From Chloroflexota bacterium (GTDB lineage Bacteria > Chloroflexota > Dehalococcoidia > DSTF01 > RBG-16-68-14), in contig JAJCYW010000021.1 in assembly GCA_029262675.1 (NCBI GenBank), positions 130,146 to 194,145 of the forward strand: DNA of 64,000 nt. The letters run 5' to 3'. This document shows, one piece after another, positions 56,666 through 64,000 of the stretch (positions are counted from its first letter, which is position 1; the number at the start of each line of letters is the position of its first letter). The notes beneath the pieces are model-generated. The model did no database searches and had not been told where the DNA came from. It was given only the letters and a program-made list of their open reading frames with translations. A program made the position numbers and the translations under genes.

Positions 56666-59416
56666 CTACTCCTCCCGCGCCTGCTCCCGCAGCTCGTAGA
56701 GCTTCTCCAGCGCCTCCAGGGGCGTGAGGCCGTCCAGGTCTAGCGCCGCCAGTTCTTCCAATAGCTGCGGACGCGGCGACAAGCCCTGCGCTGAGCCTGC
56801 CGAAGGGAGCGGCATCTGGGTTGCCGTTCCGCCAACCCCGGCCGCCGGCGATGCCACGGGCGCAGCGACAGGTGCTCCAACGTCGGCTTCCAACGCGGCC
56901 AGCACCTGCCTGGCGCGCTCAACGACGGACGGCGGCAGGCCGGCCAGCTCCGCGACGTGGATGCCGTAGCTGCGGTCGGCGCCGCCGGGGACGATCTTGT
57001 GCAGGAAGACCACCCTGCCCTGCTCCTCGGCCACGGCCACGTTCTCGTTGCGGACGCGCGGCAGCGCCTCCTCCAGCGCCACCAGCTCGTGGTAGTGGGT
57101 AGCGAAGAGCGTCATTGCCGCCGACTCCGAGTGCTCGTGCAGGTATTCGACGACGGCGCGGGCGATCGCCATGCCGTCGTAGGTGCTGGTGCCGCGGCCG
57201 ATTTCGTCGAGGATGACCAGCGAACGCGGCGTGGCGTTGTGAAGGATGTTGGCGGTCTCCAGCATCTCGACCATGAACGTCGACTGGCCGGAAGCGAGGT
57301 CGTCCTGCGCTCCGACGCGGGTGAAGATGCGGTCGACGAGTCCGATTTTCGCCGAAGCCGCTGGCACGTAGCTGCCGGCCTGTGCCATCAGCACGATCAG
57401 GGCCACCTGCCGCAGGTAGGTCGACTTGCCCGCCATGTTGGGGCCGGTGAGGATCACGATCTGCGCGCCGTCGTTCGACAACGACGTGTCGTTGGGCACG
57501 AACGCGGACGGCGATCCGGCGGCCGGCGTCGCCTCCGCCAGCGTCCGTTCGACGACCGGGTGGCGGCCTTCGCGAATCTCGATGCGGTCGCCGCCGTCCA
57601 GCTCCGGCCGCACGTAGCCGTGCCGGCCGGCGGCCTCCGCCAGCGCGGCGGCGACGTCGAGTTCCGCTATCGCGGCGGCGAGCGCGAGCACCGGCCCGGC
57701 GGCGGCCGCCACCTGGTCGCAGACGCCGCGGAAGATCTCCTTCTCCAGCTCCGCGATACGCTCGCCGGCGGAAAGAATGCGCGACTCGTACTCCTTGAGT
57801 TGCTCCGTGACGTACCGTTCGCCGCCGACGAGCGTCTGCCGGCGGACGTAGTCTTCCGGCACCAGCTCCAGGTTCGGCTTGCTGACTTCGATGTAGTAGC
57901 CGAACACTCTGTTGTAGCCAATGCGGAGCGAACGGATGCCCGTCCGTTCCCGCTCCGCCGCTTCGAGGTCGGCAAGAAAACGCTTCGTATCGGTCGCGAT
58001 GACGCGCAGGCCGTCCAGCTCCTCGGAGAAGCCCGGCCGCACGACGCCGCCCTGGCCGAGACCTGCCGCCGGGTCGTCGTCGATCGCGGCTGCAATCGCC
58101 GCGACGACATCGTCGCACGGCTCCAGCCTGCCTGCCAGTTCGATGACGGCAGCCGCCGCGCCATCGTTGGCGAGCTCCGCCGGCGGCGACCCCGGTTGCG
58201 GCAGGAACGCGCGCAGGCCGGGTGCCGTCTCCAGGCCCCGCAGCAGGCCGGCGAGGTCGCGCGGGGCTGCCAGCCCGGCGACAATGCGACCGCAGAGCCG
58301 CTCGATGTCCGGGCAGTCCGCCAGCAGGTCGCGCGCCTGCGTCCGGCGGATCGCGCTCTCGTGGAAGTAGGCGACCTGGTCGAGCCTGGCCTCGAGCGCG
58401 GCGCGTTCGGCCAGCGGCTGGCCGAGCCGTCGCGCTAGCAGCCGCGCGCCCATCGCGGTCTTCGTCAGATCGAGCACGCCCAGCAGCGAATGACCGCCGC
58501 CTACGTGGCGGCTGCGTCCGCTGTCCCGGCTTCGGCCGTCATCTCGGCTAGACGAGAACAACTCCAGATTTCGCCGGGTGGTGGCGTCAAGCGTCAGGAA
58601 GCCCTCCGCGCGAAGGGCCGTCAGCCGCGTAATCTGCGGCAGCGGCCCTCCCGCCGCCTGGTTCTCTCGCAGGTAGTGGAGCAACGCCCCGGCCGCGGCG
58701 ACGGCCGCAGGCTGTCCGGCCAGCCCAAACGCATCCGTCGAGGCGACGGCGAAGTGGTCGCGCAGCGCGGCCTCCGCCACTTCGACAACGTAAGCGTCCG
58801 GGGTAACGGCCGTGACCACGGTCTGCGTCTGGTCCTTCATCTGGTCGAGCGGCGGCACATCTTCCGGTAACAGCAACTCGGCTGGCTGGAGACGCTGCAG
58901 CTCCCCGGGCAGCGCCGCGACGTCCACCTCACCCGCCACGAACTCGCCGGTCGATACGTCGGCGTACGCGATACCGGCCGCCGCGCCTGGCGCGGCCCAG
59001 GGATCGGCGTCTTTGCGCCCAGTACGCGGCGGCGCCAGCGCGACGAGGTAGTTGTTGGCGCGCTCGTCGAGCAGCTCACCTTCGACGACCGTTCCGGGCG
59101 TGACAACGCGCACTACTTCGCGCTCGACGAGGCCCTTCGCGCTGGCGGCGTCGCTCATCTGCTCGCAGATCGCCACCTTGTAGCCCTTGCCGATCAGCCG
59201 CGCGATGTGGCCGTCGATCGAGTGGTACGGCACGCCCGCCAGCGGCACGCGCAGCCCCTTGCCCATCGGCTTGCTGGTCAACGTGATGTCGAGCTCTGCG
59301 GCGACGAGCTTCGCGTCGTCGTCGAACGTCTCGTAGAAGTCGCCGAGCCGGAAGAAAACGATAGCGTGGGGGTAGCGGCGCTTGATATCGAGGTACTGGC
59401 GGCGAATGGGGGTCAC
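56666..59416 (-). CDS. mutS: DNA mismatch repair protein MutS
   Basis: N-terminal mismatch-binding domain (FYETFDDDA; MutS1 typically has FYELFxxDA), Walker A GPNMAGKSTYLRQ, DEIGRGTSTYDG. GTG start. Confidence 0.9.
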   Translation of the reverse strand: MTPIRRQYLDIKRRYPHAIVFFRLGDFYETFDDDAKLVAAELDITLTSKPMGKGLRVPLAGVPYHSIDGHIARLIGKGYKVAICEQMSDAASAKGLVEREVVRVVTPGTVVEGELLDERANNYLVALAPPRTGRKDADPWAAPGAAAGIAYADVSTGEFVAGEVDVAALPGELQRLQPAELLLPEDVPPLDQMKDQTQTVVTAVTPDAYVVEVAEAALRDHFAVASTDAFGLAGQPAAVAAAGALLHYLRENQAAGGPLPQITRLTALRAEGFLTLDATTRRNLELFSSSRDDGRSRDSGRSRHVGGGHSLLGVLDLTKTAMGARLLARRLGQPLAERAALEARLDQVAYFHESAIRRTQARDLLADCPDIERLCGRIVAGLAAPRDLAGLLRGLETAPGLRAFLPQPGSPPAELANDGAAAAVIELAGRLEPCDDVVAAIAAAIDDDPAAGLGQGGVVRPGFSEELDGLRVIATDTKRFLADLEAAERERTGIRSLRIGYNRVFGYYIEVSKPNLELVPEDYVRRQTLVGGERYVTEQLKEYESRILSAGERIAELEKEIFRGVCDQVAAAAGPVLALAAAIAELDVAAALAEAAGRHGYVRPELDGGDRIEIREGRHPVVERTLAEATPAAGSPSAFVPNDTSLSNDGAQIVILTGPNMAGKSTYLRQVALIVLMAQAGSYVPAASAKIGLVDRIFTRVGAQDDLASGQSTFMVEMLETANILHNATPRSLVILDEIGRGTSTYDGMAIARAVVEYLHEHSESAAMTLFATHYHELVALEEALPRVRNENVAVAEEQGRVVFLHKIVPGGADRSYGIHVAELAGLPPSVVERARQVLAALEADVGAPVAAPVASPAAGVGGTATQMPLPSAGSAQGLSPRPQLLEELAALDLDGLTPLEALEKLYELREQAREE

Positions 59417-59592
59417 GTGCGGGCGTCCTGCTCCAGAATGTTTGCCCGAGTGTACAGAAACGCTATCGCCACAACAAGGAGCGCAGCAGGCCGGCGGCCT
59501 CCAGAACCAGGATGCTGTTGCGGATTAGAGAACCGAGCTGCTACGGCAGGCCACCATGCCGAGCTGCTATGGCAGGCCACTAGGCCGAGCTG

Positions 59593-60522
59593 CTATGGCA
59601 GCTCGATTCGCGACGTGTACGTGGAAGTGTCGTAGGCGAACCACATGTCGGCGCCCGAACTGCTGTCGACGATCAGCTTGAGCTCGAGCATGTCCGTCGC
59701 CGGCACGGTGTAATCAACTGCCGGTATGCTCAGCGTCTTCACCACCCAGGTCCCGGAGCCGGCCTGCCAATCGCTCTCCGTCAGCGACCCGCTGGCGATC
59801 TCTGTGTACGAAGCGCCGTCGTAATGCCGAAGGTAGACAGTGATGCTGCCGGCGACGCTCAGGCTGAAGTTCTGGATGGCGCTGGCGAGCACAACAGTCA
59901 CGTTGCCGTCGATCACCTGGTCAGCGGCGAAGGCCGACGTCCGCCATGACTGGTGCAGCGTCGTGCCGGTCTCCGCTGGGCCTGAGCCGCCAGCGGCGAT
60001 CAGCAGACCGGCGTCCGCGTCTCGATCGCTGTCGTAGTTGTAAAGCGTCGTTGCGGTGGAGAGCGTCTTGTCGAACGGCAGCAGCGTTTGCGACGCCGTG
60101 TCGCCCACGGGCGGCGAGGGGTTGTTGTGCAGATAGTAGCGCTCGACGCCCGGCATCGGCAGCAGGCCGGACGCCACCGCGCCATTCGAGGCGACGAACG
60201 TAAGCGTGTAGTGCGTGCCCATCGCCAGCGGCGAGGCGAGCTGCAACGTGACGTGGAGCGTGGCCCGTGGGTTCCACTCGACATCGTTCTCGAACTCGTA
60301 GCTCCAGCACGGCGCCGTGCAGCCGGAGCCGCCGTAAGGCAACCCTTGGAGCGCGCCGCTGGGGCCGAAAAAGACATCGCTGCGTTCCACCGAAATGATG
60401 CGGCTGCCACCAACGTTCTTGACCCAAGCCTCCACCTGCGTGCCGCCCGGTTCGCCCCAGACCTCGACGACATCCAGCAGCGTGCTCTGGCGGTAGCTAG
60501 CGCGGTCGAAGCCGGCGACCAT
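59593..60522 (-). CDS. FlaF/ArlF-like paralog with a roughly 170-aa C-terminal extension. An in-frame upstream transmembrane helix suggests a non-AUG start near 60627.
   Basis: EAWVKNVGGSRIISVERSDVFFGPSGALQGLPYGGSGCTAPCWSYEFENDVEWNPRATLHVTL aligns closely with the cluster FlaF-like protein (DAWVKNTGATRISAITQSDVFFGPETDFQRIPYGGASCTAPCWEYTLENDTEWNPTATLHITI). Upstream in-frame: IDKSITTVLLVVAIVIGIGL after AAGGAGG. Confidence 0.5.
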   Translation of the reverse strand: MVAGFDRASYRQSTLLDVVEVWGEPGGTQVEAWVKNVGGSRIISVERSDVFFGPSGALQGLPYGGSGCTAPCWSYEFENDVEWNPRATLHVTLQLASPLAMGTHYTLTFVASNGAVASGLLPMPGVERYYLHNNPSPPVGDTASQTLLPFDKTLSTATTLYNYDSDRDADAGLLIAAGGSGPAETGTTLHQSWRTSAFAADQVIDGNVTVVLASAIQNFSLSVAGSITVYLRHYDGASYTEIASGSLTESDWQAGSGTWVVKTLSIPAVDYTVPATDMLELKLIVDSSSGADMWFAYDTSTYTSRIELP

Positions 60523-60740
60523 GACGCTGCCCGAGCGGCCGAACGCGGGCGTGATGAGGTTCGCCGTCAGGCCGATGCCGATGACAATGGCGACGACCAG
60601 CAGTACAGTAGTGATGGACTTGTCGATGGCGCGGCCTCCTTGCCCCGACGCGGCCAGCGTCGGAAGCTACTACTAGCATGAACGCTCGTAGCGTGGCGGC
60701 AGCGCAGTCCGAAAACGCCGATTAGGCTGGGGAAAGTCCC

Positions 60741-62633
60741 TTAGGGAGTTGCGGCTGCGGGAACGACGACGCCGGCAGCGATGTCCACGATCTGCACGTC
60801 GTCCGGCGCGACGTCCTTACAGGCGTTGCACTTGATGCAGCGCGCCTGATCGATCGACCAAGCCTCTTCCTCCTGGACAAACGCTTCCACCGGGCAGATG
60901 GCTGCGGCCTCCGCGAGCGCGTCGCTCGCGCCGGTGATCTCGTAGCGGATCAGGTCCCGGCAGACCTGCGCCGGACAGCGGCGGTTGTTGATGTGCTCGT
61001 CGAGCTCCTCGCGAAAGAACTCGGCGCTGCGCGACATGATCGTCGGAGAGGCCGAGCCGTGGACGCAGTTGGAGTACTGCAACGTCTGCGCGAGAATGTC
61101 CATCTTCCCGTAGTCGTCTTGGCGGCCCTCGCCGCGGGCGATACGCCGGAAGATCTCCGACATGCGCTGCGTGCCGCCGTGGCAACTCGTGCAGCGCCCG
61201 CACGATTCGTCTTCGAGAAACCACGAGAACATGACGTTGAGGTCGACGATGCAGGCCGTGTCATCGATGAAAACGATGCCGCCTCCGCCGAGAATCACGC
61301 CGTGCTCCCGGAATGCTTCGGGTTCCAGCGGCAGCTTCAGCGCGATGTGCGCGGGCAGGATACCAGCTAGCGCCGCGCCGGACTGCACGGCCTTCAGCGT
61401 CCGCCGCTCCCCCCACGGCGCGGGATCGATTGCATGGTAGAGATCGCGCAGGGCGAAACCGAACGGCAACTCCACCACGCCGACGCGCTGGATATGACCG
61501 GAGAAGCTGAAGATCTTGGTGCCGCTGTTAGCCGCCGTGCCGACCGACTGGTAGAACTCGATGCCCTTCTGGAGCATCAGCGTCACGTCGGCGTAGCTCT
61601 CCACGTTGTTGACGTTGGTCGGCTGGCCGAAGACTCCCGAGTCGGCCGGGAAGGGCGGCCGGATGCGCGGCATCCCGCGCGCATCGTCGAGCGAGGCGAG
61701 CAGGCCCGACTCCTCGCCGCAGACGTACGACCCGGCCCCTTTCCAGACGGTCAGTTCCAGCGTTACGCCGCTGCCGAGCACGTTCTCGCCCAGTAGGCCG
61801 CGTTCGCGCGCCTGCTCCACCGCGCGCTCCATGCGTTCGATGGCGAGCGGATACTCTTCGCGCAGGTAGATGAACCCAAAAGTCGCGCCGGTCGCGTGGG
61901 CCGCGATCAACATCCCTTCGAGGATGGCGTGGGGGTCGCACTCCATCATGATGCGGTTGACGAACGCGCCGGGGTCGCCTTCGTCCGCGTTGCAGATCAG
62001 GTACTTCGGTTCGCGCTCCTTGCCGCGCAGGAAGTTCCACTTCGTGCCTGTCGGGAAGTTCGAGCCGCTGCGGCCGCGCAGCGTCGACTCCTCGACCATC
62101 TTAATCAGCGCTTCGGGGTCCATCTCAGCCGCGTTGACGAAGCCGCCGTAGCCGCCGCTGGCGATGTAGTGGTCGATGTTTTCCGGGTCGATGACGCCGC
62201 AGCGCGCGATCAGCCTGCGCTCCTGCATCGCCCAGAAGTCGAAGTCCTCGAGGCGCTGCACGGCGTCCACGTCCGGGCCGGCGGCGACCGCAAACGCCAG
62301 GTCGTTGCAGACGCCTCCGCCGATGACGTCGCCGAGCAGTTTGTCGACCTTGTCCGCAGTAACGTTCTCGTAGAGGATGACCGACCCGTCTGGCTGCCGC
62401 ACTTCGACAACCGGCTCCAGCCAGCAGAGGCCGGTCTCGCCCGTGATGCCGACATCGGCGTCGAGGCCGCGCTCGTCTACGGCAGCCCGAAGGGCAGCCA
62501 GCGTCTCGTCCGCGCCGGCGGCCAGTGTGCAGGTCGCCATCGGCACGCGGATCAGCGTCCGCGGCGGCTTCTCGACCTGCTGCCAGGCCTCTGCGGCCTG
62601 GTTGCGCAGCGCTTCGTAGGCCTCGTTCGCCAC
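60741..62633 (-). CDS. NuoF-family NADH dehydrogenase flavoprotein-like subunit with an N-terminal thioredoxin-like extension and a C-terminal ferredoxin domain
   Basis: FMN/NADH-binding motifs (GRGGAGFPTG-like RGRSGSNFPTGTKW, YICNADEGDPGAF), a 4Fe-4S SLBB/CxxCxxC region (ESCGRCTSC), and C-terminal CIKCNACKDVAP. Confidence 0.8.
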   Translation of the reverse strand: MANEAYEALRNQAAEAWQQVEKPPRTLIRVPMATCTLAAGADETLAALRAAVDERGLDADVGITGETGLCWLEPVVEVRQPDGSVILYENVTADKVDKLLGDVIGGGVCNDLAFAVAAGPDVDAVQRLEDFDFWAMQERRLIARCGVIDPENIDHYIASGGYGGFVNAAEMDPEALIKMVEESTLRGRSGSNFPTGTKWNFLRGKEREPKYLICNADEGDPGAFVNRIMMECDPHAILEGMLIAAHATGATFGFIYLREEYPLAIERMERAVEQARERGLLGENVLGSGVTLELTVWKGAGSYVCGEESGLLASLDDARGMPRIRPPFPADSGVFGQPTNVNNVESYADVTLMLQKGIEFYQSVGTAANSGTKIFSFSGHIQRVGVVELPFGFALRDLYHAIDPAPWGERRTLKAVQSGAALAGILPAHIALKLPLEPEAFREHGVILGGGGIVFIDDTACIVDLNVMFSWFLEDESCGRCTSCHGGTQRMSEIFRRIARGEGRQDDYGKMDILAQTLQYSNCVHGSASPTIMSRSAEFFREELDEHINNRRCPAQVCRDLIRYEITGASDALAEAAAICPVEAFVQEEEAWSIDQARCIKCNACKDVAPDDVQIVDIAAGVVVPAAATP

Positions 62634-63109
62634 TACTTCGCCTCGTCCTTTAGCTCGCGGGCGAGCTTCACGGTGTCGGCGGCCGTCAGCGGCCCGACGA
62701 CCTTACCATCGACCCAAATCTGGGGCGCGAAGTCGCAGGTTCCGTTGCACTGGGCAAGGTGGAGGCCGAGCTTGTCGTTCTCGGTGTTCTCCTCCATGCC
62801 GATGCCAAGCACCGATTCCAGCACCTTGCGGACGTGGGTGCTGCCTTTCAGCCGGCAGGCCGGGCCGCTACACCAGTCGACGCGCTTCTCCGGCGGCGGC
62901 GTCAGCCGCAGCTCCGAGTAGAACGTGGCGGTGCCGTAGACGTGCGCCTCGCCCAGGCGGAGCTGCCGCGCGATAACGCCCATGGCTTCTTTGGGCACGT
63001 AGCCGTAGCGATGCTGGACCTTGTGGAGCGCGCGCAGCAGGTCGGCGTTGCCTGGCCTAAACTCGGCGACGAGCTGCTGGATTTCTAGCGTGGCTTCAGT
63101 TTCGAGCAC
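62633..63109 (-). CDS. NuoE-family 2Fe-2S thioredoxin-like ferredoxin subunit
   Basis: Cys pattern CSGPAC...C...C (CSGPACRLKG...AQCNGTCDFAP). A 1-nt overlap with the NuoF-like gene indicates an operon. Confidence 0.75.
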   Translation of the reverse strand: MLETEATLEIQQLVAEFRPGNADLLRALHKVQHRYGYVPKEAMGVIARQLRLGEAHVYGTATFYSELRLTPPPEKRVDWCSGPACRLKGSTHVRKVLESVLGIGMEENTENDKLGLHLAQCNGTCDFAPQIWVDGKVVGPLTAADTVKLARELKDEAK

Positions 63110-63471
63110 GGCGTTCCCTTCTATTTGTGCGCTGCGTCACTATAGCAGGTGGGGTGGGCAGCGGGACAAGCGACAGGAGTCAGGGCAGATGCTCCATCAC
63201 TACACGAAGGCCACGGGGTCAGAGCGAGCCACCCTGGCCCGCAGACGGGTGAGTCCTAGCGATAGGCTGCGGCTGTGGTAGGCGACGCCCAAACGCCGAG
63301 TTCTACGATGGTAGCCGAGGTCTACATAGAATCATTAACTTACTCCGGTACGGCCCTGTACCTCCCTAAGGGGCCGCGCTCTTGGAGGGAGGCCTAGCGT
63401 CCTTGTTATCTTGGTTTGGCAGGCGTACACTTGCCAAATCTAGCCGGGCCAATCTTGAGGGAGGCAGACAC

Positions 63472-64000
63472 ATGAGGCTCGCACTAATAGCCATCGTAAT
63501 GGGTGGCGCTGCGTTGGCACTCGGCTGCAGGGATAGCGCGGACACGCTCACACTCGAAGAGTACTTTGCGGAGCTCGAAGCAATCGATAATGACCTGTCT
63601 GCGCAGTTCGAGGAAGTATTCGCAAGGTTGCCAGAGGACATGCCCGTAGAGGAGTTCCTGGCAGACGAAGCCAACCTCCTGCTAGTTAAGGATTACTTTG
63701 CCACGTTACCACCCATCATCGGTGATACCGTCGACCGCCTGAAGGCACTCGACGCGCCTTCCGAGGTCGAGAAGGAACATGACGCTCTCGTCGATGCTGG
63801 CGAGAACTTCGTGGTTGCACTGGAGAACGATAACGAGTTTGTAAATGAAGCCGAAACGATGGCTGAATTTGATGCCCTCACCGACCAACTGAATACCATC
63901 TTCGGACTATCCGCGGACCGTTTTGAGGAAGCCTGCCTCGACCTCCTTGCAGTCGGAGAGGCGCACGGCATCATCGTCGACAGTGCCACCTGTGAAGACG
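63472..64000 (+). CDS. Hypothetical lipoprotein, partial (runs off window end)
   Basis: GAGGGAGG RBS, MRLALIAIVMGGAALALGC lipobox, and an open frame with no stop to 64000 (verified by manual translation). Absent from the track because it has no stop. Confidence 0.45.
   Translation, partial: MRLALIAIVMGGAALALGCRDSADTLTLEEYFAELEAIDNDLSAQFEEVFARLPEDMPVEEFLADEANLLLVKDYFATLPPIIGDTVDRLKALDAPSEVEKEHDALVDAGENFVVALENDNEFVNEAETMAEFDALTDQLNTIFGLSADRFEEACLDLLAVGEAHGIIVDSATCED

Noticed and set aside
56957-58438. 493-aa plus-strand ORF, and the 56919..58118 minus-strand alternative frame
   Set aside because: They are antisense to, or out of frame within, mutS, whose frame carries canonical MutS motifs.

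Overview
This is a high-GC bacterial chromosomal segment. The bacterial identity rests on a bacterial-type LeuS, MutS/MutL, Sec and TAT lipoproteins with lipoboxes, a peptidoglycan hydrolase, and Crp/TetR/PadR regulators. The possible Chloroflexota origin is only a guess from gene content.

The central feature is a 12 kb co-directional minus-strand block (about 13.8-25.7 kb) that encodes a complete archaeal-type flagellum (archaellum) gene set, named fla or arl in archaea. It contains two tandem archaellins with class III (prepilin-like) signal peptides, FlaF-like and FlaG-like proteins, the KaiC-like ATPase FlaH, the secretion ATPase FlaI, and the double-domain polytopic FlaJ. Bacterial-looking accessories surround it: a fused SLT lytic transglycosylase/M23 peptidase directly downstream, a GT-C-like polytopic membrane protein directly upstream, a coiled-coil/proline-rich protein where FlaCDE/FlaX would sit, and a very acidic protein. 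A second FlaF-like paralog with a C-terminal extension lies about 38 kb away at 59.6-60.6 kb.

The rest is housekeeping and accessory genes:
- Core metabolism and information processing: aconitase, an enolase-superfamily enzyme, a nitrilase, glutamate dehydrogenase, TreZ, an AMP-forming acyl-CoA synthetase, thiolase, PyrE, tRNA-Arg(CCG), and a NuoE/NuoF-like flavoprotein pair.
- Protein folding: tandem FKBP lipoproteins and a cyclophilin.
- A MetE-like pair split into two genes.
- Two visibly lower-GC single-gene insertions: a NucS/DUF91-like nuclease-domain protein, and a KAP-family P-loop NTPase that sits between mutS and mutL.

Many long ORFs in the supplied six-frame track are antisense or out-of-frame artefacts of the high GC content. 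The track renders GTG/TTG starts as M, and it misses genes that run off the window ends. All GC statements are by eye and were not computed.
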